Positions 1-9,644 of a stretch of DNA of 64,000 nucleotides are shown piece by piece. The translations under genes were made by a program, and so were the position numbers. Position 1 is the first letter of the stretch, and every line of letters begins with the position of its first letter. Origin of the DNA: Candidatus Latescibacterota bacterium (GTDB lineage: Bacteria; Latescibacterota; UBA2968; GCA-2709665); the NCBI GenBank assembly GCA_965237675.1, contig OZ250150.1, positions 1,248,001 through 1,312,000 of the forward strand. Direction: 5' to 3'. The notes beneath the pieces were generated by a model. The model ran no database searches and was not told the origin of the DNA. It saw nothing but the letters and a program-made list of their open reading frames with translations.

Positions 1-31
1 GAAACCCCTTTTCAGCTATACTATTTACCCT

Positions 32-69
32 GAACAGGCTTGCATAATGCAAGCCTGTTCTTTTTTCTT
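32..69 (+). terminator. Intrinsic terminator-like hairpin
   Basis: GAACAGGCTTGCA-taa-TGCAAGCCTGTTC followed by TTTTTTCTT. Confidence 0.6.
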
Positions 70-178
70 CCACGTGCGTTATTTATTATCGATTTAAACT
101 GTTTTCGATAATAATAAACCTCCTTTTCTTCACATGCGAAAACAAGAGAAGGCCTTCGCGCCTGCCGATGCCTCTCCA

Positions 179-207
179 GTAGGGGCAGGTTTCAATCCTG
201 CCCCTAC
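179..207. repeat. GTAG-type REP palindrome
   Basis: GTAGGGGCAGG-tttcaat-CCTGCCCCTAC; related copies at 7571, 21881, 34184, 45332, 45793. Confidence 0.8.
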
Positions 208-350
208 ATGCGTCTACCGGGCACTGTTTAGAACGCGAAAAGGCCATTCTCTGTTTTATTGCCATTTTGTGTTATATTGTTAGCGAACTGAACAGGAAAC
301 GCGTATAGGGGTCGTCGTTATTTGCCCAATCGAAATCGTGGAGCGAACCG

Positions 351-2504
351 ATGAATCACAGTGAGATCGTCAGCTTTATCTGGGGCGTTGCGGACCTGAT
401 CCGCGACAGCTTCAAGCGCGGCAAATACCAGGACGTCATTCTGCCTCTGACCGTGCTGCGCCGTCTTGACTGCGTCCTTGCTCCGACCAAGCAACGAGTG
501 CTCAAACGCCAGGCGGAGTTGAGAGGTCGCGGCCTTGAAGATCTGAAGGCACAACTGCGCGAAACATCCGGCTTCGCATTCTACAACACTTCACGCTATG
601 ACTTCGACACTTTGCTGGCCGATGCGCCCCAACTTGCCGCCAACCTGAGAAACTACATCGCCGGCTTCAGCGATAACATGCGCGAGGTGTTGGAACGATT
701 CGACCTCGACAACACGATCAGCAAGCTCGACGAAGCGGGGCTGCTGTTCCAGGTGCTGGAGCGGTTCAAGAACGTCGACCTGCACCCCGATCTGATCGAC
801 AACGCGACCATGGGGACGGTCTTCGAAGAGTTGATCCGCAGGTTCAACGAAGCCCTGGATGAGAATCCCGGTGAACACTTCACGCCGCGCGATGTTGTGC
901 ATCTGATGGTGGATCTCATGCTCGCCGGTGAGAAAGACCGCATCGCCCGACCCGGCGTTGTGCGCAGTGTTTACGACCCGTGCTGCGGCTCCGGCGGCAT
1001 GTTGACCATCGCCAAGGAACACATTACAAGGGGCATGCGAAGCAACGGCGAAATCCTTCGCCCCGCCATCAATCCGGAGGCGGAGATCCACCTCTTCGGC
1101 CAGGAAGTGAACCCGGAGACGTGGGCGGTCTCAAAGTCTGACATGTATATGAAGGATCCGACGGGCCGCGACGCGGACGAAATCGTTTTTGGCAGCACGC
1201 TTTCAAACGATCGCCATGCCAGCCGCCACTTCGATTACCTGATAGCGAATCCGCCCTACGGCAAGGACTGGAAACGCGACAAGGCCGCGGTGGAGTCGGA
1301 ACATGACAGGGGCGCGGCCGGCCGTTTCGGCCCCGGACTCCCGCGCATAAGCGACGGGCAGACACTGTTCCTGCTGCACATGCTCGCTCACGTCCGGGCG
1401 CCGGACCAGGGAGGCGCGCGCATCGCAATCATCATGAACGGTTCGCCCCTGTTTACCGGCGACGCAGGCAGCGGCGAAAGCGAAATTCGCCGATACATCA
1501 TGGAGAACGACCTGCTGGAGGCGTTGATTGCGCTGCCCGAGCAGCTTTTCTACAACACCGGCATTGCAACCTACGTGTGGATTTTGAGTAACCGCAAGGC
1601 CCCGGAACGTCGGGGCAAGGTGCAGCTTATCGACGCCACGACCTTCTGGAAGCCAATGCGCCGGAGCCTGGGAGACAAGCGGCGCGAGATCCCGCCGGAA
1701 AAAGCAGACGAAGTACTGAAACTCCTGCGCGGCTTTCGGGATGGCGAGACGCGGAAGGTCTCCGAAGACGGCGAGGAAGAAGACAAAATCGTCAGCCGTG
1801 TTTTTCCGACCACACGGTTCGGGTATCGGAGAATTACGGTTGAACGGCCGCTACGGCTCAATTTCCAGGCGAACGCGGAACGCATCGCCCGGCTGCGCGA
1901 ACAAACAGGCTTTCAGAATCTGGCCAAATCGAAGAAGCGGGGAGATGCAGGCGCCAGGGAGGAGGCCGAAGGCCGCGCACACCAGCAGGACATTCTGACC
2001 ATGCTGGAGAGGCTGCCCGACACCCTTTACAAAGACCGGGAGGGATTTCTGGCAAGACTCGCGGAAGCGGCGCGGAGAGCCGGCATTAAACTCGCGGCGC
2101 CGGTGCAGAAGGCAATCCTCACGGCTCTTGGCGAGCGCGATGAAACGGCCGCGATCTGCCGGGGAAAGAACGGCGCGCCGGAACCCGACCCGGAGTTGCG
2201 TGACACCGAGCGCGTGCCGCTCGCCGATGGGGCGGACCCCGTGGATGGCGACGGCGTCCCAGCCAGCGTTCGCGCCTTTTTCGAGCGGGAGGTCAAACCT
2301 CACGTTCCCAGTGCCTGGATCGACACGTCCAAGCGCGATCATCGGGATGGAAAGGTCGGCTTTGTCGGCTACGAAATCAACTTCAACCGCTATTTCTATC
2401 GGTACAAGCCACCACGACCGCTCGCGGAGATCGAAGCCGATATCCAGGCTATCGAAAAGGACATAATGGAGATGTTGAAGGATATGTCCGGCGCAACGGC
2501 CTGA
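351..2504 (+). CDS. hsdM: Type I restriction-modification N6-adenine methyltransferase subunit M
   Basis: FIWGVADLIR N-terminus, GEHFTPRDV, SAM-binding YDPCCGSGGML, catalytic NPPY, C-terminal GYEINFNRYFY. Confidence 0.95.
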   Translation: MNHSEIVSFIWGVADLIRDSFKRGKYQDVILPLTVLRRLDCVLAPTKQRVLKRQAELRGRGLEDLKAQLRETSGFAFYNTSRYDFDTLLADAPQLAANLRNYIAGFSDNMREVLERFDLDNTISKLDEAGLLFQVLERFKNVDLHPDLIDNATMGTVFEELIRRFNEALDENPGEHFTPRDVVHLMVDLMLAGEKDRIARPGVVRSVYDPCCGSGGMLTIAKEHITRGMRSNGEILRPAINPEAEIHLFGQEVNPETWAVSKSDMYMKDPTGRDADEIVFGSTLSNDRHASRHFDYLIANPPYGKDWKRDKAAVESEHDRGAAGRFGPGLPRISDGQTLFLLHMLAHVRAPDQGGARIAIIMNGSPLFTGDAGSGESEIRRYIMENDLLEALIALPEQLFYNTGIATYVWILSNRKAPERRGKVQLIDATTFWKPMRRSLGDKRREIPPEKADEVLKLLRGFRDGETRKVSEDGEEEDKIVSRVFPTTRFGYRRITVERPLRLNFQANAERIARLREQTGFQNLAKSKKRGDAGAREEAEGRAHQQDILTMLERLPDTLYKDREGFLARLAEAARRAGIKLAAPVQKAILTALGERDETAAICRGKNGAPEPDPELRDTERVPLADGADPVDGDGVPASVRAFFEREVKPHVPSAWIDTSKRDHRDGKVGFVGYEINFNRYFYRYKPPRPLAEIEADIQAIEKDIMEMLKDMSGATA

Positions 2505-2587
2505 GCTACGAGGTGCGTGTCAGAAGTTCTGGACGCGAAGAAAATTCGATTCGACCCAAAAGCCCGGTGGGTTTGAGGGTGATTTTG

Positions 2588-2654
2588 GTCTGTATCAAGT
2601 GGGGACGAGCCGGATCGCGGCCTCGGGTACGTGGAGATCGTCGTCTATAAATGA
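2588..2654 (+). pseudogene. higB: 3' remnant of HigB toxin
   Basis: VCIKWGRAG then, in a shifted frame, VEIVVYK-stop, resembling the HigB C-terminus (ICFxW...VEIVDYH), immediately upstream of higA; no intact ORF. Confidence 0.5.
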
Positions 2655-2675
2655 TGCCAATCTGAGGTTCGGATT

Positions 2676-2990
2676 ATGGTACGTATTCCAACCGATCGTG
2701 TCCCCACTCATCCGGGTGAGATGTTACTGGAGGAGTTTCTGAATCCGTTGAATTTAACGCAGCGCGAATTGGCGACCGCCATTCATGTTCCCTATCAACG
2801 GGTCAACGAACTGGTGAACGGTCGACGCGGTATCACTCCGAGCACGGCCCTGCGACTGGGGAGGTGTTTCAACGTGTCTGCCGCGTTTTGGCTGAATCTC
2901 CAGCTTCGCTGGGATCTGTATCATGCCACCCGGTCCGAGGTCGAGGTACTGGAGGAGACTTCGCCACGTGACATGGAACTTAGTGCATAA
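2676..2990 (+). CDS. higA: HigA-family addiction module antitoxin (XRE HTH)
   Basis: PTHPGEMLLEEFL, RVNELVNGRRGIT, FWLNLQ motifs. Confidence 0.93.
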   Translation: MVRIPTDRVPTHPGEMLLEEFLNPLNLTQRELATAIHVPYQRVNELVNGRRGITPSTALRLGRCFNVSAAFWLNLQLRWDLYHATRSEVEVLEETSPRDMELSA

Positions 2991-3024
2991 CGAGAATGTC
3001 ACGACGCATTAGACGGATTTTCTG

Positions 3025-3081
3025 TTGACAATTAAGCAAGAATACAATATAATGTCGGCAGTCCTTAATAAGATGCCGACA
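3025..3081 (+). promoter_or_regulatory. Consensus sigma70 promoter plus inverted-repeat operator of the abiE operon
   Basis: TTGACA(3025)-17 bp-TATAAT(3048), then TGTCGGCA-13 bp-TGCCGACA (3053-3081). Confidence 0.8.
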
Positions 3082-3086
3082 ATTTT

Positions 3087-3698
3087 ATGAACATGCCTAC
3101 AATTCAACTCGACAGAGATCGCCTTCACAGCGCCGGCCTCGGTGTCTTCTTTCGTCCGAGCCAGATCAATGCGTTGGGGATCACGTACGACCAACTCCGC
3201 CGTTTGGTCTCAACCGGGGCCGTTGAGCGGGTCAACCGGGGCCTTTATAGGCTCGCCAGTGCGGAGCCGACTGAACATTACACACTCGCTGCCGTATGCG
3301 CACGTGTGCCCAATGCCGTCATTTGCCTGCTTTCGGCGCTCAGCTTTCACGAAATCGGAACTCGGCTGCCACACGAGGTCTGGATTGCGATTCCCCACAA
3401 GGCGAGACCCCCTCGCCTTCCGCAATTCCGAACCCGACTCATCAGGTTCAGCGGCGCCGCCTGGACCTATGGTGTGTCCGACACCGCATTCGAAGGCGTT
3501 CCGGCGCGAATAACCTCGCCCGCTCGCACGATCGTCGATTGTTTCCGATTCGAACACCTGATCGGACGCGAAACTGCTATTGAGGCATTGCAAGACGGTC
3601 TCCGGGGAAAAAAGGTGACGACCGGCGCCCTGCTGCGAACCCTTGAGGAATTGCCTTCGCGCCGGCTGAGCGCGGCCCTGGAAATAGGAATTATATGA
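3087..3698 (+). CDS. abiEi: Type IV TA antitoxin, AbiEi family
   Basis: wHTH with VERVNRGLYRL, VICLLSALSFHEI, ITSPARTIVDCFRF; overlaps the AbiEii gene. Confidence 0.88.
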   Translation: MNMPTIQLDRDRLHSAGLGVFFRPSQINALGITYDQLRRLVSTGAVERVNRGLYRLASAEPTEHYTLAAVCARVPNAVICLLSALSFHEIGTRLPHEVWIAIPHKARPPRLPQFRTRLIRFSGAAWTYGVSDTAFEGVPARITSPARTIVDCFRFEHLIGRETAIEALQDGLRGKKVTTGALLRTLEELPSRRLSAALEIGII

Positions 3699-4648
3699 TC
3701 ACCGATGTCGCGGCGTCCATCAGATCTCGCCTGTACAATAAGGCGAAAAAAAGTGGCATAGAGTTCCAGTTTTTTCTTGTGCGTTACGCCTGCGAAAGAT
3801 TCCTATACCGCCTCGGCGCCTGTCCAGTACGTGACCGGTTTATACTCAAAGGCGCAACTCTGCTTGCGGTTTGGATGGATGAACCCTACCGTGCTACTCG
3901 CGATATCGATTTGTTGGTGGCCTCCGGTGGCGCTGATGAAACGTCCGTCCGAGAAACCATGAAAACGATCTGCGATGTCCCCTGTCGCGAGGATGGCCTG
4001 GTTTTCGATCTCAATAGCTTGCGGATTTCTTCGATTCAATCGGGGCAAATGTTCCCGAGCCAACGCGCCAAGCTGAACTGTTATCTTGGAAAAGCGAGAA
4101 TTCTCACCCAGGTGGACTTTGGTTTCGGCGATGTCGTCACCTCTGGTGTTGAGCAAGCGAAACTAAAGACACTCATAGACGGTGTCCCCGCGCCCTCGCT
4201 GCTCGTTTATCCACTATCGACAAGCGTCGCCGAGAAGTTCGAAGCTATGGTGCGATTTGGGCATCGCAATAGCCGCATGAAGGACTTCCATGACATTTGG
4301 GCCCTGTCTGATCGGTTTTTCTTTGATGGCGAAAAACTCCGCGAAGCTATCCGGGACTGTTTCAGCCGGCGTGGCACGGATCTAAACTCAGAGCCTCCGG
4401 CTGCTCTCACTTCGTCGTTCTACTCAGACACTGACCGGAATAGGCTGTGGCGCAACTATCGGGTTGAGATGGGGCTTCTGACACCGCCGCCCGATTCTTT
4501 CGAAATCGTAGGTGAGCGCTTGTTGAGATTTCTTGAGCCTATCCGTGAAAGCATCCTGGCGGACAATTCGTTCGAGTTTTGTTGGCCCGCTGGCGGACCT
4601 TGGCGACCCGTTTCGGACAAGGACTGCGAAAACAGAGACCGTGCGTAA
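3695..4648 (+). CDS. abiEii: Type IV TA toxin, AbiEii nucleotidyltransferase
   Basis: FILKGA...RATRDIDLL, VDFGFGD, AEKFEAM, NSRMKDFHDI. Confidence 0.9.
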   Translation: MITDVAASIRSRLYNKAKKSGIEFQFFLVRYACERFLYRLGACPVRDRFILKGATLLAVWMDEPYRATRDIDLLVASGGADETSVRETMKTICDVPCREDGLVFDLNSLRISSIQSGQMFPSQRAKLNCYLGKARILTQVDFGFGDVVTSGVEQAKLKTLIDGVPAPSLLVYPLSTSVAEKFEAMVRFGHRNSRMKDFHDIWALSDRFFFDGEKLREAIRDCFSRRGTDLNSEPPAALTSSFYSDTDRNRLWRNYRVEMGLLTPPPDSFEIVGERLLRFLEPIRESILADNSFEFCWPAGGPWRPVSDKDCENRDRA

Positions 4649-4715
4649 TGCCGTCAGATACAAACATTGGGACGGCGTAACTCAGCGCAAGGAAAACGCC
4701 GCTAGGGCCGGAGCA

Positions 4716-4775
4716 CTGCGGAGGTTGAAACCCAATCCGGCTTACAAGGCCTCGGGCGTCGAATGCCTCGCATAG
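4716..4775 (+). pseudogene. hsdS: Orphan 5' stub of hsdS
   Basis: LRRLKPNPAYKASGVECLA-stop matches the conserved HsdS start (cf. LHPYAAYKDSGIVWL at 7744 and MKDSGVEWLG at 8451). Confidence 0.65.
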
Positions 4776-4881
4776 ATTCAGTGGTATCGTGACGTCTCTG
4801 CCGGAAATCGGATTGCCTACGTCGCTAACAAACTTGAAATGCTGAAGGGTTTGCGCGAAGAATCGCCTGAGTGACATCATA

Positions 4882-4909
4882 TGTCGGCAGTTACGATGAT
4901 GTGCCGACA
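4882..4909. promoter_or_regulatory. Second copy of the abiE operator-like inverted repeat
   Basis: TGTCGGCA-12 bp-TGCCGACA, same arms as 3053-3081. Confidence 0.6.
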
Positions 4910-5036
4910 TTTCGTATAGTTCGCCAGGCTGCAATTCAACTGGCCAAATTCATCTCGCTACGTTAAGTAACGCTATTATGTCCGAACTTGGTGCAACACA
5001 GATTCCCAAGCCTAGCGACGAGCAAGCCTTTGAGCG

Positions 5037-6398
5037 GTGCAATGTTACGCTTTATCAGAGGAGGATAGACGCTTGGAAGGCGACGTCAGGAGATTGATCG
5101 ACGATCCCCGGTTCCGGGCATACCATCGGGATTTCCTGAAACCAAGGGAATTCAACACCTTCGACGTTCTCCAGTACGCGGACTACGAAATCCGCCACAG
5201 CAACGTGTTGGCGTGGCTGCTCCGGCCCGGCGACACCCACGGTATCGGCGCACGGTTCCTGAAATGGTTTGTGGACCAGATCGATAAAGGGCTCGCGGCG
5301 GCGAATGCAGGGCCTCTTCCCGCAATCGGCTTTGAGGCGTCGAATGTCGCTGTCTGGAGAGAGCGAGACCATGTCGACATCACGGTCTTGTTCAAGAAAG
5401 AGCGGTGTTTGATCGCCATCGAGAATAAGACGGGACCGGCGTCTTCCGAGCATGTTGACCAGGTCAGGGGTTACGAGCGGAAGCTGCGCGGCAAGCACGA
5501 GGGACACACGGTGAAGTGCGTCCTTTTGACCACCTCGCCCGACGGAAGTGTGGACTTCCCAGGCCTTGTCCATGTTGGTTGGAAGTCGGTCCATGAAACC
5601 ATCGACAGTTTCCATTTGGAAGGCAGGTTCCAGTCTTGTGGCGTACGGGCCTTCGTCCTACAGTACCTTGAATTGGTCGAAAGGTGGTTTGGTTCCGCAG
5701 GAGTCGAGGGTTTCAAGAAGCTTCTTGACGACTATCACTCCATCTTGCAGAAGATGCGGCAGGTCCTGGACAAGGACGGCGATGGCGGTGTCCGTGGGAT
5801 GGCGCCGGAGGACCGGGCAGACTACGGCGACGCGCTTGTCATGCTGGTGAAGGCATCGAGACAGGATCCGGTGAAACTGCGACAGGCGGTGGCATATCGC
5901 CTCAGGGGACAAGGCTGCGAGCTCCATTTCACACAGAATAACAGTAACATGACTTATTGGTTGAACTGGCACGATACGGACCTTGCCGATATCGCGCGGA
6001 GACTGGGCTGCGGAAACTTCGCCCTCTCGTGGGGGATGACGTTCACCCATCACGAAGTCCGAGCGGGTTTCTATCTCTATCAAGAGAAGCCAGAGGAGCA
6101 GGCCTCGCTGGACCGGCTCAAGCATTTCCTGAAAGCGACGCCGATCAACAGACGTAAGCCGGACGAATACGTCATGCGGGACAATGGCTTCGGCTGGTAT
6201 CAGGTCTATGACCTGGAGGTCGTTTCCAGGGACGAGCTTGCCGGCATGTCAGGACATGAGGTCAAGGAGGAAGTGATCCGGAGACTGGAGAACTTCATGG
6301 GTTCGGACGACTCGGAGTACAGACGCATCGACGACTACTTCCAATGCCTCGCCTTCACACCCGGCGATTCGGCATCCGCGCGGGAGGATTCGCCATAG
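5037..6398 (+). CDS. PD-(D/E)XK nuclease family protein (PDDEXK_4-like) with long C-terminal extension
   Basis: EIRHSNVLAWLL, RERDHVDI...IAIENK, DQV..Y motifs; start codon uncertain. Confidence 0.75.
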   Translation: MQCYALSEEDRRLEGDVRRLIDDPRFRAYHRDFLKPREFNTFDVLQYADYEIRHSNVLAWLLRPGDTHGIGARFLKWFVDQIDKGLAAANAGPLPAIGFEASNVAVWRERDHVDITVLFKKERCLIAIENKTGPASSEHVDQVRGYERKLRGKHEGHTVKCVLLTTSPDGSVDFPGLVHVGWKSVHETIDSFHLEGRFQSCGVRAFVLQYLELVERWFGSAGVEGFKKLLDDYHSILQKMRQVLDKDGDGGVRGMAPEDRADYGDALVMLVKASRQDPVKLRQAVAYRLRGQGCELHFTQNNSNMTYWLNWHDTDLADIARRLGCGNFALSWGMTFTHHEVRAGFYLYQEKPEEQASLDRLKHFLKATPINRRKPDEYVMRDNGFGWYQVYDLEVVSRDELAGMSGHEVKEEVIRRLENFMGSDDSEYRRIDDYFQCLAFTPGDSASAREDSP

Positions 6399-6494
6399 CG
6401 GTTTGAAACTGCCGCTCCATTGAAGCGCCGAATCGGTGCTATATTGCTTTTGCGGTCTTGCGCGACAACTCGAGATCAAACGCTGGAGGGATCA

Positions 6495-6983
6495 ATGACA
6501 TTCGGATCCGCCGGTTCCCTGGTTTCCGCCGAGAGTAGCGCGGCCTCGGTCGCGCTACTGCTCGCCCTGCTCGCCGCGACCGGCTGCCGTGAATCGACGC
6601 TCGATCCGGATGTCCCCGAAAGCAACGTGGTGGTCGCCGACGACCGCGAACGGGGAGACGACCCCTGCGTCGTGAACTCGGCCGCCATCGGCGGACACCG
6701 GTTGACCATCGAAGTCTCGTACGCCGGCGGCTGCCGGAGGCACGACTTCACGCTGGTAATCTCGAAATCGTTCAGAGAGTCGGATCCAGTGCAACTTCCG
6801 GCCGTGCTCGCCCATAATGCGAACGGCGATCGCTGCGAGGCATGGCTGACCGAGTCCCACGTCTTCGACCTCGCCCTGGTCAGGACGCGCTATCAGCAGT
6901 TATACGGACCCGGTCCGGGCAAGGTCGTCCTTCGAATCGCGGGCGTGCCCGGTGACAACCTCTTGTACGAATTCGACGGATAG
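6495..6983 (+). CDS. Putative lipoprotein of unknown function
   Basis: GGAGG RBS before ATG 6495, hydrophobic stretch ending LAATGC, YAGGCxxH and GDxCEA cysteine motifs. Confidence 0.6.
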   Translation: MTFGSAGSLVSAESSAASVALLLALLAATGCRESTLDPDVPESNVVVADDRERGDDPCVVNSAAIGGHRLTIEVSYAGGCRRHDFTLVISKSFRESDPVQLPAVLAHNANGDRCEAWLTESHVFDLALVRTRYQQLYGPGPGKVVLRIAGVPGDNLLYEFDG

Positions 6984-7175
6984 CACCGGGCGGGTCGCTC
7001 AACTCGAAACCGGCAACTCCTGCTTTCTTCGATTGAACGCGACGAGAGCCCCGATCTGTTCAATTTACAGGCTCTATGTACTTATATCGGTCATACGGGT
7101 GAGGATCTTCAATCGCATACCGCCCTCGGGGCCCAGTTCATTAATGGCCTCTGGGCGAGCGCCCGACCTATTGTC

Positions 7176-7394
7176 TTGTCCGACGTTCCCGTTGATTCTA
7201 AGACTCAAAAAGCCACGGACCTGGTGTTCCGGGCGTTGATTGGTGATACCAATAAAGACGAGTGGCCCAAAAGGGCGGCTGCGCTCTTCCGCACGCTTGA
7301 CGAAGATCCAGGACGTTATCTTCTCCGCTGGTGCGAGGCGAAATTTCTGCCTGTCGATCAGATTCGAAAGATTCTGCGAGAAGAGATCCATTGA
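7176..7394 (+). CDS. Small hypothetical protein or gene fragment
   Basis: 72-aa ORF with protein-like composition, same strand as neighbours; no recognised motif. Confidence 0.3.
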   Translation: MSDVPVDSKTQKATDLVFRALIGDTNKDEWPKRAAALFRTLDEDPGRYLLRWCEAKFLPVDQIRKILREEIH

Positions 7395-7570
7395 GTGGTC
7401 AATTGGGATTCTTATTGGGCGGGGTAAACCGGGCGAACCTCAATGGTTCGACGTCAGGACAACCGAAATGACATTGCGTGACCTTACAGAATCACAAAGC
7501 CGGCCGCGAAATCGTTGAGCACAGCCGATAACCGATCATGGCCCTGGCCCCTGTGCACGAAGACACCCAC

Positions 7571-7601
7571 CGGAGGGGCAGGTTTGAAACCTGCCCCTCC
7601 G
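7571..7601. repeat. REP palindrome abutting a RAYT remnant
   Basis: Perfect 15-bp arms CGGAGGGGCAGGTTT-g-AAACCTGCCCCTCCG. Confidence 0.8.
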
Positions 7602-7720
7602 AAGAACACGATATATGGAACCACGCAGCACTTAATCGCATTCGTCAGGGCATCATCGACAACCCGGCGCAATGGCGTGAAGAACCTGAAAATCCAGCGT
7701 TACATGAAGAAAGGCCATAG
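7601..7720 (+). pseudogene. C-terminal remnant of a REP-associated tyrosine transposase (RAYT, IS200-like)
   Basis: EHDIWNHAALNRIRQGIIDNPAQW...ENP resembles the RAYT motif EHIIR...RIRxYIxxNPxxW; the catalytic Tyr position reads G; N-terminal HUH part missing. Confidence 0.7.
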
Positions 7721-7727
7721 GGCCGTC

Positions 7728-9185
7728 ATGACACCCGCTCGCCTCCACCCTTACGCTGCATACAAGGACTCCGGCATCGTCTGGCTGAGAAAGATCCCTG
7801 CGCATTGGGTAGTGACGCGGTTGAAGTCGTTTGCCACAGTTCAGCTTAGCAACGTAGACAAGAAGTCCACGGAAGGGCAAGATGCCGTTCAGCTATGCAA
7901 CTATGTGGACGTGTACTACAACGAACGAATTGACGATCGTGTTGATTTCATGTCTGCAACTGCGACGTCGGAACAGGTACGTCGTTTTTCCCTCCAGTCA
8001 GGCGATGTATTAATAACGAAGGATTCGGAGACCTGGACGGACATAGCTGTTCCAGCGGTGGTCTCCGAGGATCTGCCTGGTGTATTATGCGGGTACCACT
8101 TGGCTCACATCCGGCCGGGCCAGCATTGTAATGGCGGTTTCCTTAGCAGATTGTTTGCTGCGATTGGACCCCGAGATCAGTATCACATTTCGGGTAACGG
8201 TATCACACGGTTCGGTCTAACCGGCGATTCCGTTCGTGCCGGAGTGTTTGCACTCCCACCCCTCCCCGAACAACGTGCGATTGTCGCCTTCCTCGACCGC
8301 GAGACGGCCAGGATCGACGCCCTCGTGGCCAAAAAGGAGCCGTTGATCGAGTTGCTCCAGGAAAAGCGCACCGCCCTCATTAGCCACGCCGTCACGAAAG
8401 GCCTTCCTGCCGACGCTGCGGCGCAGGCAGGCCTCGACCCCAACGTGCCAATGAAGGACTCGGGCGTCGAATGGCTGGGGACAATTCCGGCGCATTGGGA
8501 GGTGAAGCGGCTAAAACATCTCGTAATTGCGCCGCTCAAATACGGTGCGAACGAGCCAGCAGTTTACACCGATAATTATCTCCCAATTCGTATTACCGAC
8601 ATACGGGAAGATGGGACATTGCGAGACGACAGCTTTAGGTCGATCCCAGAGGAGATTGCTAAACCCTATCTTCTTGCCGGAGGCGACATTTTGTTTGCAC
8701 GTAGCGGGGCAACCGTCGGAAAGACTTTCCGGTACAACGCCAGTTGGGGCAAAGCAGCACATGCCCGGTATCTGATTCGTGCACGTTTTGATGGATCCGT
8801 CGTTGAGTCTGTTTTCGTTCAGTATTTTACACAAACTCAAAGATACGCTGATTGGCTTCTAAGCAACTTGATTCAAGCCACAATTCAAAATGTGAGCGCC
8901 GAGAGCTACGCATCCCTGAGCGTTCCTTTTCCACCTCTTCCCGAACAACGCGCCATCGCCGACTTCCTTGATCGCGAGACGGCCAGGATCGACACCCTCG
9001 TCCGCAAAGTCCGAGAAGCCATCGACCGTCTTAACGAACTCCGCACGGCACTCATCTCGGCAGCTGTAACAGGCAAGATCGACGTGCGCGAGGCGCCGGC
9101 GCGGGCGCCGGATGAATCCGGGAACAGCACGGCAGACGGCAGCGTCATGCCTGGCGCATCGGGCGACATGGGGCGAGATAGATGA
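7728..9185 (+). CDS. hsdS: Type I restriction-modification specificity subunit S
   Basis: Two TRDs with repeated YKDSG.EWLG.IPAHW and PPLPEQRAI..FLDRETARID, ends TALISAAVTGKIDVR; probable start ATG 7728. Confidence 0.93.
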   Translation: MTPARLHPYAAYKDSGIVWLRKIPAHWVVTRLKSFATVQLSNVDKKSTEGQDAVQLCNYVDVYYNERIDDRVDFMSATATSEQVRRFSLQSGDVLITKDSETWTDIAVPAVVSEDLPGVLCGYHLAHIRPGQHCNGGFLSRLFAAIGPRDQYHISGNGITRFGLTGDSVRAGVFALPPLPEQRAIVAFLDRETARIDALVAKKEPLIELLQEKRTALISHAVTKGLPADAAAQAGLDPNVPMKDSGVEWLGTIPAHWEVKRLKHLVIAPLKYGANEPAVYTDNYLPIRITDIREDGTLRDDSFRSIPEEIAKPYLLAGGDILFARSGATVGKTFRYNASWGKAAHARYLIRARFDGSVVESVFVQYFTQTQRYADWLLSNLIQATIQNVSAESYASLSVPFPPLPEQRAIADFLDRETARIDTLVRKVREAIDRLNELRTALISAAVTGKIDVREAPARAPDESGNSTADGSVMPGASGDMGRDR

Positions 9186-9337
9186 AACAAGGCGAAATAG
9201 TCTTTGAGGCGCGCGTGGCCGTCGAAGGTGGTGTCTCGTCAGGCGCGAAGTTGATTCCACGGATACCGCATTGTCCCGCTCAACACTGCCTAACTCACGG
9301 ACACACGGTTCGATAGCGCAAACGATGCGCATGACAG

Positions 9338-9353
9338 GACTAGTCTGACTAGT
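9338..9353. promoter_or_regulatory. Palindromic operator upstream of the Phd-type antitoxin
   Basis: GACTAGTCTGACTAGT directly before TATATT and the ATG at 9366. Confidence 0.45.
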
Positions 9354-9365
9354 TATATTCACGCC

Positions 9366-9644
9366 ATGACACTGATCTACTCAACCTACGAAGCAAAAGC
9401 GCGGTTTTCGGAGGTCATCCGGCACGTGCGGAAAGGCAAGACCGTCACGGTTTCTTATCGAGGAGAGCCCGTGGCTGAGATCCGCGCGATCCAGCGTCAC
9501 CGGCAGCAGACGATCGAAGAGCGACTGGATGATCTCCAACGACGCGGGGTCTTGGTGCGATCGGGAGCGCCTGAGCAGACGCTTCAGCCAGTGGCGCGTC
9601 GGCCGGGAGCCCTGGCGCGTTTCCTGGCTGAGCGTGGCGATTGA
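9366..9644 (+). CDS. Phd/YefM-family antitoxin
   Basis: STYEAKARFSEVIRHVRKGKTVTVSYRGEPVAEI. Confidence 0.88.
   Translation: MTLIYSTYEAKARFSEVIRHVRKGKTVTVSYRGEPVAEIRAIQRHRQQTIEERLDDLQRRGVLVRSGAPEQTLQPVARRPGALARFLAERGD

Noticed and set aside
7515-7727. N-terminal extension of HsdS in the ORF track
   Set aside because: It reads through a REP and the RAYT remnant; HsdS homology starts after ATG 7728
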